From contig CAVYIM010000009.1 in assembly GCA_963768655.1 (NCBI GenBank), positions 64,001 to 128,000 on the forward strand: a stretch of 64,000 nucleotides of DNA, in the 5' to 3' direction. Shown piece by piece: positions 43,165 to 50,417 of the stretch (positions are counted from its first letter, which is position 1; every line of letters begins with the position of its first letter). The translations under genes and the position numbers were made by a program. The notes under the pieces were generated by a model, which saw only the letters and a list, made by a program, of their open reading frames with translations, did not search any database and was not told where the DNA came from. The DNA comes from an uncultured Chloroflexia bacterium (GTDB lineage Bacteria > Chloroflexota > Limnocylindria > Limnocylindrales > CSP1-4).

Positions 43165-43665
43165 CCCGGGACGGCCGCCGCCCGGCCCCGCTGACCGGGT
43201 ACCCGTCATGGTCCCTCGACGGACAGGCGCTCGTGGTGATCTGCGAGACGGAGACACCGGGACCGACGACCACCCTCGGAAACAAGTCCGGGACGATCGC
43301 CGGCGAGGAGGCCGTGCTGATCGAAGTTCCGTGAGCCACGACCCGGCCCGCGATAGGGCACCTCCCGTATTGCCGGGCTTCGGCAATCGCGGCAACCTAC
43401 GCGGCGGAGCAGGGGGGAACGCGACGAGGCCGTCGGGTCGGGAGCGATCGGGCCCCTCGCCGCGTCGGCTCCGCTGATATCGAACATCCGTGTGCAGCCG
43501 TCAGTCGCTACCCCACTGACGGCCTAGCCGGAGACGCGGGCGGCACGACTAGCCCCGAGCCGCCCGCGCCGGCTTTTCTGGGACTCCCTGCAATCGCCGC
43601 TGTCTCACCAGCCTCCGGCGGCCCCCGCAGGTGACGGCTGCGATTCCCGGCTCCCCCGGCCCTGC

Positions 43666-43674
43666 TGGTAGACT
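43666..43674 (+). promoter_or_regulatory. Possible extended -10 promoter (TGGTAGACT) of the nuo operon
   Basis: TGn + TAGACT about 120 nt upstream of nuoA; the same hexamer precedes other genes in this window. Confidence 0.35.
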
Positions 43675-43791
43675 TTCAGCTGGACTGCGAGGGAACGGGC
43701 ATTGAACCCGTCCCCACGTCCGGAGATCAACGCTTATGCCCGAACGCCCCGCGGGACGCCCCCCGCGGCCGGCAGGTACGGCTGGAGATAG

Positions 43792-44148
43792 ATGACCGGC
43801 ATCTGGTACGTGCTTGGCTTGGCTGCCGCGGGGGTCGGTTTCGTATTCCTCGTCATCGGCCTGGCCTGGGTCCTTTCGCACCGCAACCGCGGTGATCGTC
43901 ACAAGGGCCTGCCGTACGAGAGCGGCATCGACACGGTCGGCGACACCTGGTCCCAATTCGGCGTTTCCTTCTACATCTACGCTCTGCTCTTCGTGGCCTT
44001 CGACGTAGAGGTCGTGTTCCTCTTCCTGTGGGCGATCGTCTTCCGAAGTCTGCTGCTGGGCGGCCTCGTGAGCATGGGCACGTTCGTGGTCGTGCTCATG
44101 CTGGGATTGGCTTACGCCTGGCGGAAGGGAGTCCTGACGTGGCGGTAG
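43792..44148 (+). CDS. nuoA: NADH-quinone oxidoreductase subunit A
   Basis: PYESGI, FYIYALLFVAFDVEVVFL, YAWRKGVLTW. Confidence 0.96.
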   Translation: MTGIWYVLGLAAAGVGFVFLVIGLAWVLSHRNRGDRHKGLPYESGIDTVGDTWSQFGVSFYIYALLFVAFDVEVVFLFLWAIVFRSLLLGGLVSMGTFVVVLMLGLAYAWRKGVLTWR

Positions 44149-44981
44149 GCGATCGAGGGCCGAAGGGAGCCAGGGCGGCGGCCTCCGGCCGGCCGGCCGG
44201 AGGCGCGGCAGCGCCACGGGTTCCGGCGGCGCCCGGGGCTTCGGCCGCGACGGGGGCTTCGGCCGCGACGGGGGCTTCGGCGGTCGGGGCCGCGGCGAAC
44301 GCGCCGGCGAAGAGCCAGCTCGCGCCCCTCGCTCCGGGCGAGCTGACCGCGCCCATCGTGGTTCGCAACACTCTCTGGCGGGCGGTCAACCCGCTGGCGT
44401 ACGACGGCGGGCGTCCGGCCGAGGCTACTCACCTGCGCGAGTTCGGTCTGACCGATGCCGGTCGGCGCGACGACGCGCGCTGGGGTGCGCTGCAGATCGT
44501 GCCGACCAAAGCGGACTACATCCTCGACCTCATCCGAGCCAACAGCCTGTGGCCGCTCCTTTCGGGCCTGGCTTGCTGCGCCTTCGAGATGATGTCGGGC
44601 GCCACCAGCAAGTTCGACATGGACCGCTGGGGCATGTTCCCGTTCCGGGCCTCGCCCCGCCAGTCGGACGTGCTCATCGTCGCCGGCACGCTCACGACAA
44701 AGATGTCCGGGCCGTTGGTCCGGTTGTGGGAGCAGATGCCGGAGCCCAAGTGGTGCGTTGCCCTCGGTGACTGCACCGTCTCGGGCGGCCGCTACAAGAG
44801 AAGCTACTCGACGGTCCAGGGCATCGACCGGGTCATGCCCGTGGATGTGTACATCCCCGGCTGCCCACCTCGTCCCGAAGGCCTCATTTACGGCATGCTC
44901 CAGCTCGGGCAGCTCGTCAAGGATCAGCGCGGGCACTGGCCCGAGCGCGAGATCGGCCCCACCGTACCGGACAAGATCTGA
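44139..44981 (+). CDS. nuoB: NADH-quinone oxidoreductase subunit B with an Ala-rich N-terminal extension
   Basis: SLWP..GLACCAFEM, RASPRQSD, QMPEPKW..GDC, DVYIPGCPPRPE. Start uncertain (GTG overlapping nuoA). Confidence 0.95.
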   Translation: MAVGDRGPKGARAAASGRPAGGAAAPRVPAAPGASAATGASAATGASAVGAAANAPAKSQLAPLAPGELTAPIVVRNTLWRAVNPLAYDGGRPAEATHLREFGLTDAGRRDDARWGALQIVPTKADYILDLIRANSLWPLLSGLACCAFEMMSGATSKFDMDRWGMFPFRASPRQSDVLIVAGTLTTKMSGPLVRLWEQMPEPKWCVALGDCTVSGGRYKRSYSTVQGIDRVMPVDVYIPGCPPRPEGLIYGMLQLGQLVKDQRGHWPEREIGPTVPDKI

Positions 44982-44984
44982 CCG

Positions 44985-45542
44985 ATGGATCGCACCCTGA
45001 AGCGCCGGCTGGAAGCGCGCCTGAGCGCGCAGATCCAGGGCCCGATTCGCCAGCGCCACGACCAGACCGAGATTCGAATCGAGGCGGGCGACGTTCCGGA
45101 CGTGCTCCGCACGCTGCACGACTCCGTCGATTTCCGCTTCGAGATCCTGGCGGACCTGGCCGGCGTCGACACGGGCCGCGGGATGCAGGTCGTGTATCAC
45201 CTCTGGAGCGAAACCAGCCCGGACTGGCTGCGCATCATCGTCGACGGAATCTCCCGCGAGGACCCGCGCTGCCCGTCGGTCACGTTCCTGTGGACCGGCG
45301 CCGAGTGGCTCGAGCGCGAGGCCTACGACATGTTCGGCATCGTGTTCGAGGGCAACCGCGACCTGCGCCGCATCTTCATGCCGCCCGACTACACGAGCTT
45401 CCCGCTCCGCAAGGATTTCCTCCTGCCCGACGACGCGGCCCGATCCCCGGGCGAGGGTGTCCGGCACATGGAGCGAACCTACGCCCCGGCCGTCCTGGCC
45501 GACGATCCGGCGGCCGGCGTCCGCCGGGCGCCGGCGAGTTGA
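44985..45542 (+). CDS. nuoC: NADH-quinone oxidoreductase subunit C
   Basis: DLAGVD, VVYHL, WLEREAYDMFGIVFEG, PLRKDF. Confidence 0.95.
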   Translation: MDRTLKRRLEARLSAQIQGPIRQRHDQTEIRIEAGDVPDVLRTLHDSVDFRFEILADLAGVDTGRGMQVVYHLWSETSPDWLRIIVDGISREDPRCPSVTFLWTGAEWLEREAYDMFGIVFEGNRDLRRIFMPPDYTSFPLRKDFLLPDDAARSPGEGVRHMERTYAPAVLADDPAAGVRRAPAS

Positions 45543-45550
45543 GGACCGAG

Positions 45551-46831
45551 ATGCCGCCTCGCCCCACCCGCCCGACGCCCCGCAAGACCCCCCGCCCGGA
45601 GGATCAGCGCCCGCCCGAGCAGCACCGCTCCGAGGACGACCCGCGCATCATGCTCGACCGCGAGATCAGCGCGGACCTGTACGAGCCGATCCCGCCCTAT
45701 CCAACTCGGACAGAGCGCGAGGCCGAGTTCTACACCCGCGGCGACGGGGAGATGTTCATCAACATCGGGCCGCACCACCCGGCCACTCACGGCGTCCTCC
45801 GTCTCGTGCTGAAGCTATCGGGCGAGCAGATAGTCGACGTCGACCCGGTCCTCGGCTATCTCCACCGCGGCGTCGAGAAGATCTGCGAGAACTCGGACTA
45901 CTACCACGTCATCGATCAGGTGGACCCGCTGGAGTACGTCAGCTCCCTGTTCCAGGAGTGGGCCGCGGTCCTCTCGTTCGAGAAGCTGATGGACGTGCAG
46001 GTGCCGCGACGGGCTGAGTACATCCGAGTCCTCTCCGGCGAGTTGCTGCGCGTAGCCAGCCACACCCTCTTCATGGGCTTCCTGGCCCTGGATCTGGGCG
46101 GTCTGACGCCGATCCTGTACAGCTTCATCGAGCGCGACGAGATCGTGGAGATGCTGGCGGCTCTCACCGGCGCGCGGATGCTCTTCAACTACTTCCGCAT
46201 CGGCGGCGTGAACGGCGACCTCAACCACGAATTCATGAGCCGCCTGGGCGACTGGATGAGCCGCGCCGCGAGGCAGACCGAAGCGAATTCCGGGCTGCTG
46301 AACGAGAACGAGATTTTCGTCCGGCGGACGCGCGGCGTCGGCGTCCTGGACCGGGCTACGGCCCTCCGCTTCGGGGTCACGGGCGGGAACCTGCGCGCTG
46401 CCGGCGTACCGTTCGACGTCCGCCGTGCCCACCCGTACAGCGTCTACCCGGAGCTCGACTTCAATATCCCGACTCGCCTGGAGGGCGACTCGCTGGCTCG
46501 CTACCTGATCCGCGTGGACGAGGTTCGCGAGTCGATCAGGATCATCGACCAGTGCCTGCACAACATGCCCGACGGGCCGGTCATGGCGAAGCTGCCACGG
46601 CTGCTCCGGCCCCGGCCCGGACGTGCCTGGGGCGCGTGCGAGGGCCCTCGCGGGATGCTCGGCGTGTACACGATCAGCGACGGCTCGGACCAGCCGTTCC
46701 GCTTCCAAATCCACGATCCGAGCTTCATGAATCTGGAGACGGTGCCCACGCTGCTGCCCGGCAACCTGCTGGCCGACACGATGACCATCGTCGCCTCGCT
46801 CGACCCGGTCCTGGGTGGGATCGACAAGTGA
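45551..46831 (+). CDS. nuoD: NADH-quinone oxidoreductase subunit D
   Basis: NIGPHHPATHGVLRL, GYLHRGVEK, RIGGV, EGPRG, SLDPVLGGIDK; no NiFe-binding CxxC motifs. Confidence 0.96.
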   Translation: MPPRPTRPTPRKTPRPEDQRPPEQHRSEDDPRIMLDREISADLYEPIPPYPTRTEREAEFYTRGDGEMFINIGPHHPATHGVLRLVLKLSGEQIVDVDPVLGYLHRGVEKICENSDYYHVIDQVDPLEYVSSLFQEWAAVLSFEKLMDVQVPRRAEYIRVLSGELLRVASHTLFMGFLALDLGGLTPILYSFIERDEIVEMLAALTGARMLFNYFRIGGVNGDLNHEFMSRLGDWMSRAARQTEANSGLLNENEIFVRRTRGVGVLDRATALRFGVTGGNLRAAGVPFDVRRAHPYSVYPELDFNIPTRLEGDSLARYLIRVDEVRESIRIIDQCLHNMPDGPVMAKLPRLLRPRPGRAWGACEGPRGMLGVYTISDGSDQPFRFQIHDPSFMNLETVPTLLPGNLLADTMTIVASLDPVLGGIDK

Positions 46832-46841
46832 GGGCCGTTCG

Positions 46842-48203
46842 ATGACCTTCGCCGCTCGGACCTGGGGCCGAATGTCCCTGACCGCCCGCCTGGCCGCGAT
46901 CCTCGTGCCGCTGGCCGTGCTGCTGGCCATAGCCACCGTCGTGGGCATCGTGTTCATCCTGCCGCCCACGATCGATTTCCTGGGGGCGAACCTGCCGCTG
47001 GTTCGGTTCGTCGTCGCGGTCGTCGGCATCCTCGTCCTGACCATCCCGACTGCGTTCGTGCTGATCTACATGGAGCTCAAAGTCATCGCCCGCATGAACC
47101 TGCGAGTCGGCCCCAACAGGATCGGACCGTGGGGCGCGGCAATGAGCCTTCTCCACGGTTTCAAGGTTCTCTCCAAGGAGGACTTCGCCCCCACCGGCGC
47201 CGATATCGCGGTCTTCACGCTGGCCCCGGTGGTCACCTTCCTGGCCAGCGTCATGACCCTGCTCGTCATCCCGTTCGCGCCCGGCATCTTCGGCCAGGAC
47301 CTCAACATCGGCGTGCTCTATTTCTTCGCCATGGGCGGTCTCGCCGTCCTTGGTCTGCTCATGGCGGGCTGGGCGAGCTTCAACAAGTACTCGCTGCTGG
47401 GCGGGCTCCGCTCAGCGGCGCAGATCGTCAGCTACGAGATTCCGCTGACCATCTCCGTCGTGGGCGTGGTCCTGCTCGCGGGCACGATGAGCATGAACCA
47501 CATCGTTCTGTCCCAGTCGGGCTCCGCGCTGGACTGGTTCGCCCTCAAGCAACCCCTCGCGGTGCTGATCTTCTTCATCGCCGCCACGGCCGAGGCCAAC
47601 CGCACCCCGTTCGACATGACCGAGGCCGACTCTGAGATCGTCGCCGGATTTGCCACTGAGTACTCGGGGATGCGCTTCGGCTTCTTCTTCTTCGCCGAGT
47701 ACGTGAACGTCTTCATCATCTCGGCCCTCATGGTGACGCTCTTCTTCGGTGGCTGGACGGCGCCGTTCAACTGGCCCTGGCCGTACAACCTGAACTGGCT
47801 CGACGCCTCGGGCATCGGCATCCTCTGGATCGGGATCGCGCTGGTCGTCCTGTTCGTTGCCACGGACATCCTCGGCGCGGCGATCTGGCTGATCGGGGGC
47901 CGAGAGTGGAGCAGCCCGGCGGCCTTCGGCCTCGGCTTCCTGATCGCAGGCGCCGGCATCACCGCCGCAGTCGGCCTGGCCTGCTTCGTCGCCTTCGGCT
48001 GGGTCCAGGGCATCTTCTGGTTCATGGCCAAGACCTACGTCTTCGTCTTCACCTTCGTCTGGATGCGAGGAACCCTGCCGCGCGTCCGGGTGGATCAGCT
48101 GATGGGCTTCGCCTGGAAATGGCTCCTGCCCGCCTCGCTCCTGAACCTGTTCGTGACGGCGGCCGCAATCATCATCCTCAACCAACCGGTGACCCCGCGA
48201 TGA
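46842..48203 (+). CDS. nuoH: NADH-quinone oxidoreductase subunit H (enlarged)
   Basis: RVGPNRIGPWG, KED, NKYSLLGGLRSAAQIVSYE, NRTPFDMTEADSEIVAGFATEYSG, RGTLPRVRVDQLM. Confidence 0.96.
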   Translation: MTFAARTWGRMSLTARLAAILVPLAVLLAIATVVGIVFILPPTIDFLGANLPLVRFVVAVVGILVLTIPTAFVLIYMELKVIARMNLRVGPNRIGPWGAAMSLLHGFKVLSKEDFAPTGADIAVFTLAPVVTFLASVMTLLVIPFAPGIFGQDLNIGVLYFFAMGGLAVLGLLMAGWASFNKYSLLGGLRSAAQIVSYEIPLTISVVGVVLLAGTMSMNHIVLSQSGSALDWFALKQPLAVLIFFIAATAEANRTPFDMTEADSEIVAGFATEYSGMRFGFFFFAEYVNVFIISALMVTLFFGGWTAPFNWPWPYNLNWLDASGIGILWIGIALVVLFVATDILGAAIWLIGGREWSSPAAFGLGFLIAGAGITAAVGLACFVAFGWVQGIFWFMAKTYVFVFTFVWMRGTLPRVRVDQLMGFAWKWLLPASLLNLFVTAAAIIILNQPVTPR

Positions 48204-49015
48204 GCTTCATCCCCGGCCTCGGCATCGCGAAGGGAATGGCGCTGACGCTGCGCCGCTTCTTCGCCCCCAAGGCCACGATCCAGTACCCCGAGACGAAGCC
48301 GGACATCGCCGTCCGCTTCCGCGGCCGGCTGCAGCTCCTGTACGATGAGTTCGGCAACCTCAAGTGCGAGACGTGCTTCCAGTGCGCCCAGGCCTGCCCG
48401 GTGGAATGCATCGACATGGGCGGCCACGACACCAAGGGCCGCTTCTACACCCACTGGGGACCGGCAGAGACTTACGGCGAGCGGCGCGAGGAGTCCGCGC
48501 TGCGGCGCTCCGGCCGGCCGGTTCCGGACGAGGCATTTGTCCATTTCGAGCCGATCGATCTGGTCGCGGTCGAGGAGATACTCGCGGCCCGCGACTACGA
48601 CCCGCGCAACATGCTGCCCATCCTCGAAGAGGTCCAGGCCGCGTACGGCTACCTGCCGATCGCCGCGATCAAGCACATCAGCCACGTAACCGGCGCCGCC
48701 TACGCCCTGGTGTATGGAACGGCGACCTACTACAGCCACCTGAGCTTCGAGCGACGGGCCCGAACGGTCGCGGTCTGCCGCTGCACGAGCTGCCTGCTCG
48801 CCGGGTCGGGACGGATCGCGAACGCGATCGGCGAGGGGCTGGGGACGAAGCTCGGCGGCCGGCCGGCCGGCGGCGTGGCGCTCGAGCAGCTGGCGGCCCA
48901 TATCCCCGGCGCGGCGTCGCCGCTCGTCACGCTGGATGGCGAGCCCCAGGCGGACGTGACCGAGACGAGCGCCGCCGCGTGGAGCCTTGCCCTGGCCGGG
49001 AAGACCGTGGCATGA
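48200..49015 (+). CDS. nuoI: Fusion of the N-terminal half of NuoI with a degenerate NuoE-like domain
   Basis: TIQYPE..RFRGR..CETCFQCAQACP (only one ferredoxin motif), then LPILEEVQAAYGYLP..VYGTATYYSHL..VCRCTSC (NuoE-like). Confidence 0.88.
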   Translation: MSFIPGLGIAKGMALTLRRFFAPKATIQYPETKPDIAVRFRGRLQLLYDEFGNLKCETCFQCAQACPVECIDMGGHDTKGRFYTHWGPAETYGERREESALRRSGRPVPDEAFVHFEPIDLVAVEEILAARDYDPRNMLPILEEVQAAYGYLPIAAIKHISHVTGAAYALVYGTATYYSHLSFERRARTVAVCRCTSCLLAGSGRIANAIGEGLGTKLGGRPAGGVALEQLAAHIPGAASPLVTLDGEPQADVTETSAAAWSLALAGKTVA

Positions 49016-50409
49016 CGACCGTGAACGTGCTTCCGACGCCGGACAAGTGGCCCCACCTGTTGCTGCCCGCGGCCTCGGGGAGTGGCGCGGCCGGTGGCAG
49101 TGGCGCGGCCGGTGGCAGTGGCGCGAATGGCGCCCCGAGCGCCGCCCCCACTGATCTCGACGCAGCCGTTGCCGCCGGTGCCTTCAAGGGTCTGACCGAG
49201 GCTATCAAGGACCTGACCGCCGGCGAGATCGTGGCGGCGCTGGCCAATTCCGGGCTGCGCGGCCGTGGCGGGGCCGGGTTCCCCACGAGCGAGAAGTGGC
49301 GTTCCTGCGCCCTCGCGCCGGCCGACCGCCGCTACGTCGTCGTCCACGCCTACCAGTCGGATCCCGCCGTCTTCGCCGATCGTGTCCTCCTGGAGCGCAA
49401 CCCCTACGCGGTGCTCGAGGGAGCGGCCATCGCCGCCGTCGCCGTGGGAGCCTCCGACGTAATCGTCGCGCTCCACGCGGACGCCACAGAGGCGATCGCC
49501 ACGCTGGAGACCTCGATCCGCGAAGCCGAGATCGCGGGCTATCTGGGTGACGATGTCCTGGGCAGCGGTCGCGACATCCACGTCGAGGTCAAGCCACTTC
49601 AGGGCGCCTACATGCTGGGTGAGGAGACGGTCCTTCTCAAGGGCATCGAGGGCCGGCGCGGCCAGCCCGAGCAGGAGCCTCCGTATCCCACAACCAGAGG
49701 CCTGTACGGCAAGCCCACTCTCGTCCACAACGCCCAGACCTTCGCCGTGGTCCCTGGGATCATCACCGGTGGCCCCGGCACCTACCCCGAGGCCGGACTC
49801 AAAGGCGGCGCCGGCACGGTGCTGGTCCAGATCTCAGGCTCGGTCGTCAATCCGGGCCTCGCCGAGGTCCCGCTCGGCACGACGATCGCCGACATCGTGG
49901 CCCTGGCCGGCGGCGTCCCCGCGCCCCACACGGTCAAGGCGTTCCTCGTCGGCGGCCCATCCGGCGGCATCCTCCCGGCCGGGGCAGGCAAGACCCCCTA
50001 CGAGTTCGAAGCCCTCGAAGCCGCCGGCGCCTGGATGGGCTCAGGGTCGATCGTCGTCGTCGACGAGCGCAGCTGTCTCGTCGACCTCGCCTCGGTGCTG
50101 ACCCGCTTCTGCGCCGACCAGGCCTGCGGCAAGACGATCCCCTGCCGGATCGGGCTGCGCCGCATGGCCGAGATCGGGACGCGCTTCTGCGAGGGTCAGC
50201 CCCGCGGCGACGAGGTCGAGCGCCTGAACGATCTGTCCGCAGACATCGTGGCCAGCCGCCTGTGCGACCACGAACGCCGCTCAACGCTGCCTCTTCTGAG
50301 CCTCGTCCGGTACTTCCGCGACGAGCTCGACGCTCACATCGTCCGTAGCACGTGCCCCGCCGGGATCTGCCAGCCGATGGCAGCCTCTCGGGCCGGGGCC
50401 GTCTCCTGA
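49012..50409 (+). CDS. nuoF: NuoF-like flavoprotein subunit, divergent
   Basis: GLRGRGGAGFP, GAYMLGEET, GGPSGG, MGSGSIVV, CGKTIPCRIG, CPAGIC. Confidence 0.88.
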   Translation: MTTVNVLPTPDKWPHLLLPAASGSGAAGGSGAAGGSGANGAPSAAPTDLDAAVAAGAFKGLTEAIKDLTAGEIVAALANSGLRGRGGAGFPTSEKWRSCALAPADRRYVVVHAYQSDPAVFADRVLLERNPYAVLEGAAIAAVAVGASDVIVALHADATEAIATLETSIREAEIAGYLGDDVLGSGRDIHVEVKPLQGAYMLGEETVLLKGIEGRRGQPEQEPPYPTTRGLYGKPTLVHNAQTFAVVPGIITGGPGTYPEAGLKGGAGTVLVQISGSVVNPGLAEVPLGTTIADIVALAGGVPAPHTVKAFLVGGPSGGILPAGAGKTPYEFEALEAAGAWMGSGSIVVVDERSCLVDLASVLTRFCADQACGKTIPCRIGLRRMAEIGTRFCEGQPRGDEVERLNDLSADIVASRLCDHERRSTLPLLSLVRYFRDELDAHIVRSTCPAGICQPMAASRAGAVS

Positions 50410-50417
50410 GGCGTCCC

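Noticed and set aside
44139-46831. Group 4 NiFe-hydrogenase interpretation of nuoB/C/D
   Set aside because: The D subunit lacks both Ni-binding CxxC motifs, and B has the tandem CC typical of complex I.
49012-50409. Electron-bifurcating HydB/BfuB call
   Set aside because: It lacks the extra N-terminal 2Fe-2S and C-terminal 2x[4Fe-4S] domains associated with bifurcation.
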